Source: a virus. From it: 64,000 nt of DNA. Shown in pieces: positions 1-9,046 of the stretch. The position numbers and the translations under genes were made by a program. Location of the stretch: IMG/VR virus record IMGVR_UViG_3300030109_003187, positions 3,213-67,212 of that record; one strand, written 5' to 3'. The notes beneath the pieces are model-generated. The model saw only the letters and a program-made list of their open reading frames with translations, did not search any database and was not told where the DNA came from. Position 1 is the stretch's first letter. Every line of letters starts with the position of its first letter.

Positions 1-37
1 ACGGACAAATGGAAATTGTACTGGAGTTGATTCACCA

Positions 38-307
38 ATGATTGACACAGACAAATACGAAGGACACACAGAAGGAAGATGGTATGTTGATGATGATGGG
101 GTGGGTCTTATCATTAAGTGGGGCGGTATGCCTCATGATTTTGTGGATATGGAGAACAAAGCAAACGCACAACTGATGGCAGACGCACCACTCCTACTCG
201 CAGAAGTCAAGCGGTTGCGTCAAGGTATAATTGATGTTATGGTAAAGTCGGGGCATTATGATACGAGCGAGGACTGGATGAAAGCATTGAATAAGGTGAT
301 TGAATGA
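38..307 (+). CDS. Small phage protein (HTxGxW...ANAxLxAxAPxLL type)
   Basis: GHTEGRW and ANAQLMADAPLLLAEVKRLR motifs, a pattern common in phage early genes. Confidence 0.7.
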   Translation: MIDTDKYEGHTEGRWYVDDDGVGLIIKWGGMPHDFVDMENKANAQLMADAPLLLAEVKRLRQGIIDVMVKSGHYDTSEDWMKALNKVIE

Positions 308-462
308 TTGACACAGACCACCCCGAACTTGTAGAGTTTGAAGGTGAAACACTTGGAGATACACTGACGAACTTGATTACAGAAGTCAAGCGGTTGCGTA
401 AAACCGTTAAGACTGAACACAATCTAAAATTGTGGGAGGAAGCAGAAGTCAAGCGGTTGCGT
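201..462 (+). repeat. Three exact 20-bp direct repeats CAGAAGTCAAGCGGTTGCGT (201-220, 380-399, 443-462)
   Basis: Read directly; each copy encodes EVKRLR in frame. Confidence 0.95.
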
Positions 463-573
463 GAGGAAATCAAAGATTATGACGCTTGTTTGCAGAACCT
501 TTGGGATAAGGAACTGATACCGGAGGACACAGACATTTGGGATGAAGTCAAAGAACTATTGGAGGTTGATTGA
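304..573 (+). CDS. Hypothetical protein, partial paralog of the upstream gene
   Basis: Same MIDTD start, two EVKRLR motifs, ATGA overlap. Confidence 0.7.
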   Translation: MIDTDHPELVEFEGETLGDTLTNLITEVKRLRKTVKTEHNLKLWEEAEVKRLREEIKDYDACLQNLWDKELIPEDTDIWDEVKELLEVD

Positions 574-693
574 ATGATATTAGAATGCAAGCGATGTAAG
601 AAAAGAAGTAACATTAACATCCATCCACTTCACAAGATATGTGACCAGTGCTGGAAGGACACAAGAAAGAACCCATTCACTAGAGGTGATTAA
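574..693 (+). CDS. Small Zn-finger protein (39 aa)
   Basis: Hand translation MILECKRCK...ICDQCW; GGAGG upstream; fills the gap exactly. Confidence 0.6.
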   Translation: MILECKRCKKRSNINIHPLHKICDQCWKDTRKNPFTRGD

Positions 694-694
694 T

Positions 695-1126
695 ATGAAG
701 AAAGAAGATTACGAAAAACAAATACAAGAATTAAACGAGCAAGCATATAAACTTGAAAAGACCATGCAGACATACCGTGACTTGGAGTTATGCAAACAAA
801 GAGGTCATCCTTTAGAAGCCATTATCAGTAGTAGTGGCTTCGGTGTGATTGACTCAATTGAGATAATTTGTAAACAGTCTGGTGCTAACTATCTCATCGA
901 ACCTAAGACACCTATGCAAATGGAGATACCAAATGACCCAAGATTATTTGGAGATTTAGCAGGTAAGAAACTCAAGGACATTGAGATAGATGTCGACCAA
1001 CCTTCTCAAGAAACCACAGAAACGGATGAGAAACCCCCACTTCCACTGGAAAGTAGTCTCGACCCAGATGGAAAATACAAAGTAGATGTGTCGAGCATAA
1101 TAAACCAAAGAAAATATGAGGAATAA
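695..1126 (+). CDS. Hypothetical protein
   Basis: GAGGTGA SD before ATG 695; coiled-coil-like N-terminus. Confidence 0.65.
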   Translation: MKKEDYEKQIQELNEQAYKLEKTMQTYRDLELCKQRGHPLEAIISSSGFGVIDSIEIICKQSGANYLIEPKTPMQMEIPNDPRLFGDLAGKKLKDIEIDVDQPSQETTETDEKPPLPLESSLDPDGKYKVDVSSIINQRKYEE

Positions 1127-1128
1127 AT

Positions 1129-1335
1129 ATGGACAAGATAGATGAAATAAAAGATGAACTAGTAAACTTAGAGCAGGCACTCGAACATCTTGAGAGAGCG
1201 ATATATGAATTTGAATGCATAGACTGGCCAGACGGTGTACCAATACCTCATCATGTGATGATGGAAATGGAAGAAGCCCACAGTCAAATGGATGAAAGAA
1301 AACAAGAGATAGAAGATAAATTGGAGAGGATATAA
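1129..1335 (+). CDS. Hypothetical coiled-coil protein
   Basis: GAGGAATAAATATG junction; heptad pattern. Confidence 0.65.
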   Translation: MDKIDEIKDELVNLEQALEHLERAIYEFECIDWPDGVPIPHHVMMEMEEAHSQMDERKQEIEDKLERI

Positions 1336-1662
1336 ATGAAAATAACAATGAATATAGAAGCAGGGTGCCCAACAGGTTCGACAAGAGATTGGACTGATGG
1401 GATAACGATTGAGATTGACAGTAGTCTTGCACGAGACTTTGTGGGTAACATCATGGAGTATGCTAGACAAGAAGCGAAAGCAGACCACTGGCAAATATCA
1501 GACAGTTACATTGTCAGAGTTACTTACGAAACTACTGTACAAGGTTACAATGCTGATGACATAGAAGAAGCCATTTGGGTAGGAGACTATGAGATTGGTA
1601 AGTTACCAGATGGTACAGAGATAAGAGCAGATGCAGAAGATGTAGAAGTAGTGGAGGCTTGA
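1336..1662 (+). CDS. Hypothetical acidic protein
   Basis: Abuts the previous stop; SD-like GAGG. Confidence 0.65.
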   Translation: MKITMNIEAGCPTGSTRDWTDGITIEIDSSLARDFVGNIMEYARQEAKADHWQISDSYIVRVTYETTVQGYNADDIEEAIWVGDYEIGKLPDGTEIRADAEDVEVVEA

Positions 1663-1664
1663 GA

Positions 1665-1802
1665 ATGAGAGTACTGATTGTAAAATATGAGATTGTCGGG
1701 ATGAGGCATAATGGAAAGGATGGACAGTATTGGATTAATGAAAGTCCCGGTTTGAAATATATTTCAGCAGAGGAATATGTTTCAGTGGAAGAGGAGGCTT
1801 GA
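1665..1802 (+). CDS. 45-aa protein flanked by 19-bp direct repeats
   Basis: Hand translation MRVLIVKYEIVG...VEEEA; GGAGGCTTGAGAATGAGAG at 1653-1671 and 1793-1811. Confidence 0.6.
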   Translation: MRVLIVKYEIVGMRHNGKDGQYWINESPGLKYISAEEYVSVEEEA

Positions 1803-1804
1803 GA

Positions 1805-2149
1805 ATGAGAGGAACACATAAGAAATTAAAACAATTAATAAAAGCATACGCAGAATTGATGGATGACGAGGAAACATTTTCCTTTGAGGCATTCGGCAAA
1901 CCAAGAGAGGCTAAAGTAACTATTGCTGACGACGGACTGATTAATACAGTACAGACTTGGGATGGTGAAACGCAAATCTTCACAGCGTCGGGAGCCAAGA
2001 ACTTCACACCGGAGTACGCAGCACTGAGTTTAATCAAGATGATTATTGACAACGAGGAAGAACACTCCGACCACGCAGAGATATCAGAAGACTTCTACTC
2101 TTTCCTTGACACAGAGGAAGGGATGAGAATATGGCCAAAGGAGGAATAA
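1805..2149 (+). CDS. Hypothetical protein
   Basis: ORF with GGAGG SD, ends EE. Confidence 0.65.
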   Translation: MRGTHKKLKQLIKAYAELMDDEETFSFEAFGKPREAKVTIADDGLINTVQTWDGETQIFTASGAKNFTPEYAALSLIKMIIDNEEEHSDHAEISEDFYSFLDTEEGMRIWPKEE

Positions 2150-2436
2150 GTTTGACTAAACAACCCAGACCCGGACAGAGAATTTCCATTTACGCAAGGC
2201 AATTGGTCGACGAAATTGTCACCACTGAGCCTAAATCAATTAATGTAATATTAGACGAAATGATAAGTATTGCTAAAGAAACAAATAGAACTCTTGCTAA
2301 CACAATACCCACTAGGAGTGAATTGACAAAGTATTTGTCAAGGAATTACTCTAGTGTAATGATAAGTAACTTGAGTAACAAACCAATTACTAGCAACAAA
2401 GACTCTACCATTCACTATTTTAAACAGGAGGAATGA
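2131..2436 (+). CDS. Hypothetical protein (possible winged-helix; true start may be near 2152)
   Basis: ORF in the coupled gene run; PTRSELTKYL helix. Confidence 0.55.
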   Translation: MAKGGISLTKQPRPGQRISIYARQLVDEIVTTEPKSINVILDEMISIAKETNRTLANTIPTRSELTKYLSRNYSSVMISNLSNKPITSNKDSTIHYFKQEE

Positions 2437-2750
2437 ATATGAATATAGAAAGATACAGAGAACAACACGCAATACAAGCAAGAAGAAGATGCACACTGAA
2501 AGACGGAACGATTGCTAGCGTACAGGCTAGTGAGTTTCATTACTGCTCGCCAAGGAAAGACAACGCAGAGAAATACTGGACAGTCGAAGCATGGTTCTGG
2601 AGACTAGACAAGCGATTCAAAGATGGTATTCGTAACTTAACAAAAGAACCGTTGGCATTTCTACCGGCAGACGAATTGCTAAAGATGATTGATTCACATG
2701 GTGGTATCGTATCAGGAGAACTACCACCACTTGATTTAGGAGAGGAATAA
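2433..2750 (+). CDS. Conserved phage hypothetical protein (DG...SVQASEFHYCSPR type)
   Basis: Recognisable phage motif; ATGA overlap. Confidence 0.65.
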   Translation: MNMNIERYREQHAIQARRRCTLKDGTIASVQASEFHYCSPRKDNAEKYWTVEAWFWRLDKRFKDGIRNLTKEPLAFLPADELLKMIDSHGGIVSGELPPLDLGEE

Positions 2751-2752
2751 AT

Positions 2753-3034
2753 ATGAATATAATAGGAACAAAGAAACAAGAACTAATAGAAGTAATAGAA
2801 CACAAATCCACATTTGTAAATACAGTACATGAAGGTGCTGAAATACATAGTGTAAAGTTAATTGTAGGCGAAATGCATATAGAAGTTAGCGTTCATAATA
2901 CTTCACCAAACTCTGGAGATATTTTAATCCATCATTTAGGTGAAAACGAACTAACAGTATTTGGCAAAGTATCTAAGAAACAAGTTAGAAGCGGCACTAC
3001 ACTATGGACAGATATAAACACTAAGGAGGAATAA
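2753..3034 (+). CDS. Hypothetical protein
   Basis: Flanked on both sides by GAGGAATAAATATG (2742-2755, 3026-3039). Confidence 0.65.
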   Translation: MNIIGTKKQELIEVIEHKSTFVNTVHEGAEIHSVKLIVGEMHIEVSVHNTSPNSGDILIHHLGENELTVFGKVSKKQVRSGTTLWTDINTKEE

Positions 3035-3036
3035 AT

Positions 3037-3180
3037 ATGGCAAGATATATACTAAGAGATTACGCAGGAGTAGAAGAAGACGAAGAGCCCCACATAAGGG
3101 TGTTCAAAAACAAAGACGAAGTGATTGAACAACTGATGAGTTGGGTCGGAGAAGATGTTACACTAGAGGTGAAGAAATGA
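3037..3180 (+). CDS. 47-aa hypothetical protein
   Basis: Hand translation MARYILRDY...; SD and ATGA overlap with the next gene. Confidence 0.55.
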   Translation: MARYILRDYAGVEEDEEPHIRVFKNKDEVIEQLMSWVGEDVTLEVKK

Positions 3181-3356
3181 CATACAATACAAAGTTGATG
3201 GATGAACTAAAACATGCTATACAAATTTGGAGAATGAACTATTTGATTGAGAAAGGGATTGACCCACGACCTCACATCTCTAACTTGGTGGGGAAGATTG
3301 AAGTCACTCTCGACCCAGTGCAAGTAAATGATTACATTAGAGGTGAAGAAGAATGA
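3177..3356 (+). CDS. Hypothetical protein
   Basis: GAGGTGA SD before ATG 3177. Confidence 0.55.
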   Translation: MTYNTKLMDELKHAIQIWRMNYLIEKGIDPRPHISNLVGKIEVTLDPVQVNDYIRGEEE

Positions 3357-3451
3357 AGGTTAGCGATTGCGAATATAAGAGTAAAGAGGACTTAATCGAA
3401 CTTATGGTATCATGGGGAATGATAGAGGATGATAGGGGTGAAGAAGAATGA
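3353..3451 (+). CDS. 32-aa protein flanked by 15-bp direct repeats
   Basis: GGTGAAGAAGAATGA at 3342-3356 and 3437-3451. Confidence 0.5.
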   Translation: MKVSDCEYKSKEDLIELMVSWGMIEDDRGEEE

Positions 3452-3558
3452 TTCCTGAACATTACGGCGACCGTGTTATGTATTACATCAACAGGTTTAG
3501 TAAAAGAAATTTGGCGGAAATGCTCGCTTCTTTTACTTTGAAGGAGGAAGAAAAATGA
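3448..3558 (+). CDS. 36-aa hypothetical protein
   Basis: ATGA overlaps at both ends. Confidence 0.45.
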   Translation: MIPEHYGDRVMYYINRFSKRNLAEMLASFTLKEEEK

Positions 3559-5558
3559 ATAACATGTTAGGGGAATCAATTGGAGTAGAAGTCTACAAAG
3601 ACCAATACGGAGAGCGACTGGCTCTCAAGTACAGGTACAGTCCAGACACTAACCAGATGCTCAAAGACTCACTGGGCTTTCCCAAGTTCAAGTGGGACAG
3701 AGACATCAAGGCTTGGAGTATACAGAACAAGAAGTCAGTCGTCGACGAAACAGTAGCGGTACTAAGAGTCATCGGCTCTTACGACATACAGAAACTATTG
3801 GCTCACGGTAATGGGCTACCTAAAGACGAAGGGCGTTCTGGTGACTGCTGGACTAAGGTCAAGCGTAGTCGTCTGTATCTACACTGGCCTTACATCAACG
3901 ACCAGTCTCTCAGAGAAAGAGTACTCATGGCAGTAAGGAGTATCAGTAGTCGTAAGTTTCATGTTGAGGAGAAGTGTTGGAGTATTCCAGTAGCACAAGC
4001 AAGAACCTTACACGGTATGCTTGAGGATGTCTATGAACCACTAGCCAAAGCAATCCTTGACAACAAAGATGTTGAGAAGGATGTTGCTGAAAGCATTGAC
4101 CGTGTAGAAATCAGCAGTGCATCCGAACTGACTTCTCAGAAACTGACAGAAATAAATGACAAACTCAAGGGTAAGTTCCCCGAAGGCCTTGACCTCTACC
4201 CGTTCCAAAAGGTAGCAGTAGCATTTGCAGAGATGAGTAAAGGTCGTTGTTTGATTGGTGATGAAATGGGAATTGGTAAAACGATTTCAGCAATTGGTTA
4301 TGCAGCCATCAATCCACAGGCGAGGCCAGCCATTGTAGTCTGTCCTTCAAATGTAAAGTTCAATTGGAAAAAGGAACTGAACAAGTGGTTACCTAATGAG
4401 ACAGTACAGGTTATCACATCTGGTAAAGACACTCCAGAGATGGGTGACTTCATCATTGTCAACTTTGACTTGATGGATAAACTCCAAGAGAAACTTATCA
4501 GTCTAGTTCCACGCATGGTTATCCTTGACGAATGCCACTACATCAAGAACTCTGGTAGTAAGAACAAACCTGTCAAGCGTACAGTGGCAACGCTGAATGT
4601 ATGCAGGTTCTCTCCAAAGGTTATAGCAATGTCTGGTACAGCGATTGCTAGTAGACCAAAAGAGTTCTTCAACACACTCAACTTGATGAGACCAGAACAG
4701 TTCGCATCCTTCTGGGACTTTGCACAAAGATACTGTGACCCATGGTATGATGGCTACGGCTGGAACTTCGATGGTGCTAGTTACACCAAAGAACTCAACG
4801 AAAGAACTCGTGACCTATGTATCCGTAGACTGAAGAGCGAAGTGCTTCCCGACCTACCACCAAAGACTAGAACATTTATTCCAGTACACTTGTCTAAGAA
4901 AGACAGGAGTCCCTATGACATTGCTCAAGAAGAGTGGGACAGAAGAATTGAGGAAGCCTATGTCAATGGTGAGAAGTTACCACCCGGTACTATGCTCAAC
5001 ATGTTGAATGACCTCAGACACATTTGTGGTCAAGTTAAAGTCAACTACGCAGTGAATTGGATAACGGAATACCGTCAGCAAACTGGTAAACCAATCGTAG
5101 TGTTCACTCACCACAGAGATGTTCTCAAGCGAATCGCTGACAAGTTCAAGAATGTACAAACCATTAGCGGTGATGTATCATCCAAGAGACGACAAGAGAT
5201 AGTCGAAGACTTCCAAGCAGGGCACATTGATGTACTTGTTTGTAACACCATTGCTGCTAAAGAAGGTATCACACTTACAGCAGCAGACACAGTTCTGTTC
5301 ATTGAAAGAGAGTGGGTGCCTACTGACGAAGAGCAAGCCGAAGACCGTGTGTATCGTATTGGTCAAGAGAGTCAGCATGTACACGCTGTCTACCTCAGTG
5401 TAGCGGCGAGCATCGACGAACACTTTGATAGAGTCGTAGAAGACAAGCGAGCAGTTGTCAAGGCAGTGCTTGACGGTGGAGATGTAGAGCAACGCAAAGG
5501 TTTGGTATCTGAACTGGTTACCAAACTGAGGCAAGAAAGAGGCTGGAGGTTCAAGTGA
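3555..5558 (+). CDS. SNF2-family helicase/translocase with tandem HARP-like N-terminal domains (SMARCAL1-like)
   Basis: LYPFQ, DEMGIGKT, DECH, SGT, EGITLT, QAEDRVYRIGQ; two N-terminal repeats (KWDRDIKAWSI, KFHVEEKCWSI). Confidence 0.9.
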   Translation: MNNMLGESIGVEVYKDQYGERLALKYRYSPDTNQMLKDSLGFPKFKWDRDIKAWSIQNKKSVVDETVAVLRVIGSYDIQKLLAHGNGLPKDEGRSGDCWTKVKRSRLYLHWPYINDQSLRERVLMAVRSISSRKFHVEEKCWSIPVAQARTLHGMLEDVYEPLAKAILDNKDVEKDVAESIDRVEISSASELTSQKLTEINDKLKGKFPEGLDLYPFQKVAVAFAEMSKGRCLIGDEMGIGKTISAIGYAAINPQARPAIVVCPSNVKFNWKKELNKWLPNETVQVITSGKDTPEMGDFIIVNFDLMDKLQEKLISLVPRMVILDECHYIKNSGSKNKPVKRTVATLNVCRFSPKVIAMSGTAIASRPKEFFNTLNLMRPEQFASFWDFAQRYCDPWYDGYGWNFDGASYTKELNERTRDLCIRRLKSEVLPDLPPKTRTFIPVHLSKKDRSPYDIAQEEWDRRIEEAYVNGEKLPPGTMLNMLNDLRHICGQVKVNYAVNWITEYRQQTGKPIVVFTHHRDVLKRIADKFKNVQTISGDVSSKRRQEIVEDFQAGHIDVLVCNTIAAKEGITLTAADTVLFIEREWVPTDEEQAEDRVYRIGQESQHVHAVYLSVAASIDEHFDRVVEDKRAVVKAVLDGGDVEQRKGLVSELVTKLRQERGWRFK

Positions 5559-5878
5559 TGGGAAGAGGTAATATAAAGAGCATAGATTTCAAAGCGGTAA
5601 GAGAAGCCGCAGTACAAGTACTTGGTGAAATTTCAGAAGACACAGAGAGTGTAGTTAAGAAAGATTATTATGGAAGAGTGTATAACAAATACTACGACAA
5701 GACTCGTCACAAAATGCATTACAATAATTACATACCGACTGAAAGAATATTGCATTATATCTCAGAAAAATTCCTCAATGAAAATGGTTGGAAGTCATGC
5801 ACTAGACAGATGATGATGAATCATTTAGAGGGTAGACACATCAAAGCAATCAGATGTATAACGAGGCTGGTATCATGA
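5555..5878 (+). CDS. Hypothetical protein
   Basis: ORF coupled to the helicase stop. Confidence 0.55.
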   Translation: MMGRGNIKSIDFKAVREAAVQVLGEISEDTESVVKKDYYGRVYNKYYDKTRHKMHYNNYIPTERILHYISEKFLNENGWKSCTRQMMMNHLEGRHIKAIRCITRLVS

Positions 5879-6123
5879 TAGACTTTAGTGAAGTAGGAAC
5901 GGTTGTAGTGCACCAAGTATCAGAGACTACTTGTGTACAGTTCTTGCCCCATGAAGGTAAGACTGTCGAGAGTATGTTACAGGTACTGGATGCCGGACTC
6001 ACCAGAATGAATGATGATAGTGATGTTCAAAAGCGCAGGGGCATCTTACTTAATCAAATAAAATACAAGGCAAAGCAATTGCCAATACCCTGCGTATTTA
6101 TATTCGAGGAGGAACAAGAATGA
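5875..6123 (+). CDS. Hypothetical protein
   Basis: ATGA overlap; acidic end. Confidence 0.55.
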   Translation: MIDFSEVGTVVVHQVSETTCVQFLPHEGKTVESMLQVLDAGLTRMNDDSDVQKRRGILLNQIKYKAKQLPIPCVFIFEEEQE

Positions 6124-6183
6124 CTGATAAAATTGACATAGAAAGACAAGAATGACCCATACTTTACTCAGAATCTCGAAGGA

Positions 6184-6471
6184 ATGCTTGGTATGCTCGA
6201 CCAGATTATTCGATTTTATGGTGACAATGAAGAAAAACTCAAGCAAATGGCTGGTGATTTCATCTGGCGTGTTGTTCAAGCCAACCTACTATACGACACA
6301 AAGGCTCGGCATGAAGATGAGTTTGAGCGATGTGGTACATTTCCTAAGTACAAAGGTGAGCCCGGCATCAGTCACTTGATTGCCGAGGCTTATCCTAGAG
6401 TGACTTTTGAGACTAAGTTTTGGGAGGAGCAACGCCTACTCAAAGACCCATCTGAGCAAGAATACGATTGA
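6184..6471 (+). CDS. Hypothetical protein (5' end possibly frameshifted from ATG 6120)
   Basis: ORF; converges on and overlaps the kinase-like gene by 32 nt. Confidence 0.5.
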   Translation: MLGMLDQIIRFYGDNEEKLKQMAGDFIWRVVQANLLYDTKARHEDEFERCGTFPKYKGEPGISHLIAEAYPRVTFETKFWEEQRLLKDPSEQEYD

Positions 6472-7270
6472 TGTTCATTTGTTGTTGGTCTAAATGACCT
6501 CCACGATTAGTTAGTGCGTCTAACTGACTTGGATGAAATTCATCTACTGACTGTACATAAGGTTGAACAAACTGTTGGAATGGTATTTCATCTACCTTAC
6601 GAGCGAAGGCTTCTCTTTGCTCCTCTGGTAATTGATAATCAATTCCTAATCTTCTAGGTGTACCTCTTGCTCTTTGGAATTGTTGAAGAACTTCTTGAGG
6701 TACTCCTTTTGGATTCTCAGCACCATAGAACATACCATCGTGAAGCACTGCGTAACCTTCATCAGCAGAGTCACCTGTTATTTCAGAGACTGGCAATCCT
6801 CTTTGAGGCTTAGCCTTCATCCAGTTACGAGGGCCTGTGTCAGCGAGACCAAGTGCTTCTAGTAACTGACCATATTTATGTTGGTCATACAGACTACCAG
6901 CAACCGTATAACCACGCTCCACATCTCTACCTACCTGTTCTCGCAGAGGCTTCCCTCTTTCTTGAGTAGATAGGACATTAGGGCTACCCATGCCTCTACC
7001 CTCAAAGTTTCGACTTATTTTCTCTGGTAACATTTCATCTTGTAGTATTGGATATTGGTCAGCAATTGTGTTACGGAACTGAGGCATGTTAGCCAGTAAA
7101 TGGGTAGTATACATATCAGGAAGGGTCATACCATGACCAACCTTAGTGACATCGGGGTCGCCCTCGATACCGTACACTGCTTGATTGGCACCTACACCAA
7201 TCAATTCACCTTCACCGGGTTGAAAGATAGACTTGAGCAGCAACCATGCTTGCTCAAAGGCACCCGTCAT
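6440..7270 (-). CDS. Protein-kinase-like fold enzyme with N-terminal AWxLLK leader
   Basis: Gly loop IGVGANQAVY, beta3 Lys VTKVG, hinge QERGKPL, catalytic loop LADTGPRN (DxxxxN), metal-binding VLHDG. Confidence 0.7.
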   Translation of the reverse strand: MTGAFEQAWLLLKSIFQPGEGELIGVGANQAVYGIEGDPDVTKVGHGMTLPDMYTTHLLANMPQFRNTIADQYPILQDEMLPEKISRNFEGRGMGSPNVLSTQERGKPLREQVGRDVERGYTVAGSLYDQHKYGQLLEALGLADTGPRNWMKAKPQRGLPVSEITGDSADEGYAVLHDGMFYGAENPKGVPQEVLQQFQRARGTPRRLGIDYQLPEEQREAFARKVDEIPFQQFVQPYVQSVDEFHPSQLDALTNRGGHLDQQQMNINRILAQMGL

Positions 7271-7279
7271 AACATTCCG

Positions 7280-7330
7280 ACTGAGCCGTTTGGCTTAGTA
7301 TTTGTGCTTTGGTTTCGGCCACCAAAGTAC
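7280..7330. other. Two tandem hairpins (7280-7299, 7304-7330) followed by a T-tract on +
   Basis: ACTGAGCC/GGCTTAGT and GTGCTTTGGT/ACCAAAGTAC stems, each with one G-T pair. Confidence 0.55.
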
Positions 7331-7351
7331 TTCTTTTATAAAGGTCCTAAG
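7329..7351 (+). promoter_or_regulatory. 23-bp TATA-containing element, copy 1
   Basis: ACTTCTTTTATAAAGGTCCTAAG, identical to 13912-13934; intergenic. Confidence 0.75.
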
Positions 7352-7428
7352 AAGATATATGGCACCTTTCGGAAAAAACCAGCCGAATAAATAGGAAAAA
7401 TAATAAACATAAAACAAGAGGAATAAAT

Positions 7429-8901
7429 ATGAACGAAATAGTATTGATAGGAAAAATAACAGGAAGCACACCGAACATAATTGAAATGGAGTACCCCTCA
7501 GTAGCGGGTATCAATTCAATTAGACTACCCAGAACAATGGTCGCTCGCTTTGAGCGCATTGAAGGTGGTAGAGTTGCGGTGTTAGTAAGACCAGACGATA
7601 GTGAAAAGGGAAGAGAGATGAGTCGTGAACTAGTATCTCAGAACGCACCACTACATGTAACATCAGAACACATGGAGATTGTCATGGCCTTCGAGAACAA
7701 TGAAACGGTAGAAGCAGACGAAGACTTTGATGACGAAGTACCAGTCTGGGCTAACCAAGATACACCTAGCGTAGAAGTTAGTGGAGAAGCAGCAGGTCCG
7801 TTTGACAACATGCTGTTCTCTGGTGGAAGAAAAGACAAGGCTACTCAAGACTGGGACTTTGACCCAGTTCGTAAGCCAGCCTTTGTTATGGTAGACGACG
7901 GTACCCAAAGCACAGTTGCTAGAGTCAACGGTGTGAATGGTGAACCATCAGCCTACCACATCTTCAACCCAAACTATGCTAGTGAGTCAAGACCAATTGG
8001 TGCCCACTTGGGTACATTCAGTGCGTCTTACTACCCAATGCCTTACCGAGTTGGCTATGGTCCTGTATTGGACATGGCTGCTGAGAAAGGTTGGCCAGCA
8101 CAAGTAATGGCATGGAACGAAGGGAAGCAATCGGCTCTCTTCCTAGATGTGTCTAGCAATGTTGACTGGGAGAAGGCATCTAACAGACTTGGAACTAACT
8201 GGCAAACCAGAGGCTTTGCTAACAACGGTGACTACAGAGTTGGTATCGCAATCTACAACAGCCTAGATGGTAGCAGTGCTTACAAAGTACAGGCTATCGC
8301 TGAGCGACTAGTATGTACCAATGGTATGGTCATGGGTGACAGAGCAAATCTAATCAGTCTCAAGCACACCAATGGTGTACTGGGTAACTTTGATTTCAGC
8401 AAACTGGCTGACAAAATACACGAAGTAATTGAGACCGCAGCCGAAGAGATATTGGTAGCGGAATCGATGAGAGATGTACAAGTTGACAGAAATACCTTTG
8501 AGAAACTCATGACCATTTGTGAGCGAAAGGGATTGATTACCAAACCACAAATCAAGCGTGACGATGCTGGTAGCGTAGTTGGAATCAACAGAGGACATAT
8601 GTGGAGACTCATGGGACAAGGATGGACTAACCCAAGCGAGCCTTGGGTTGCTGTCAACAACAAAGACAGTGGTTCTCTACTCCATGTATACAACATCTTG
8701 ACTGGTGCTATCACACACAAGCCTACTTGGACAGATGGTAAGGACACACTAACTGGTTCGACACTTAACTTCTCTACACTTACAGACAGACTACAGAAGG
8801 TACACAAGGTCCTTGGTGACATGACTCGTAAAGCAGTCAATGGTACCTCAATCGATGCACAACTATCAAAGGTCCCAATGTTCAGTGAGATTCTATACTG
8901 A
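7429..8901 (+). CDS. DUF932-family protein with N-terminal extension
   Basis: YNSLDGSSA...RLVCTNGMV...KHT signature. Confidence 0.8.
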   Translation: MNEIVLIGKITGSTPNIIEMEYPSVAGINSIRLPRTMVARFERIEGGRVAVLVRPDDSEKGREMSRELVSQNAPLHVTSEHMEIVMAFENNETVEADEDFDDEVPVWANQDTPSVEVSGEAAGPFDNMLFSGGRKDKATQDWDFDPVRKPAFVMVDDGTQSTVARVNGVNGEPSAYHIFNPNYASESRPIGAHLGTFSASYYPMPYRVGYGPVLDMAAEKGWPAQVMAWNEGKQSALFLDVSSNVDWEKASNRLGTNWQTRGFANNGDYRVGIAIYNSLDGSSAYKVQAIAERLVCTNGMVMGDRANLISLKHTNGVLGNFDFSKLADKIHEVIETAAEEILVAESMRDVQVDRNTFEKLMTICERKGLITKPQIKRDDAGSVVGINRGHMWRLMGQGWTNPSEPWVAVNNKDSGSLLHVYNILTGAITHKPTWTDGKDTLTGSTLNFSTLTDRLQKVHKVLGDMTRKAVNGTSIDAQLSKVPMFSEILY

Positions 8902-8911
8902 GGTGGACTGT

Positions 8912-9046
8912 TTGAAGAAGTACAAAGTAAGAGTTGAGTTCGATACAATTGTATATGCAGACAGCAAAGTAGATGCTATGGAACATGAGGAACTATTTGA
9001 CAGGGTAAACATTCTGTACATATTAGCAGAAGAGATGGAGGAATGA
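8912..9046 (+). CDS. Small hypothetical protein
   Basis: GAGGTGG SD before TTG; KKYKVRVEF...YADS. Confidence 0.5.
   Translation: MKKYKVRVEFDTIVYADSKVDAMEHEELFDRVNILYILAEEMEE

Noticed and set aside
201-462. Three 20-bp repeats as a mini-CRISPR array
   Set aside because: Spacers are very unequal (159 and 43 nt), the repeats are in-frame coding sequence, and there is no leader or cas locus
8280-8948. 222-aa minus-strand ORF and the many other antisense ORFs in the track
   Set aside because: They are shadows of well-supported genes on the other strand, with Ser/Leu-rich composition and no SD or motifs
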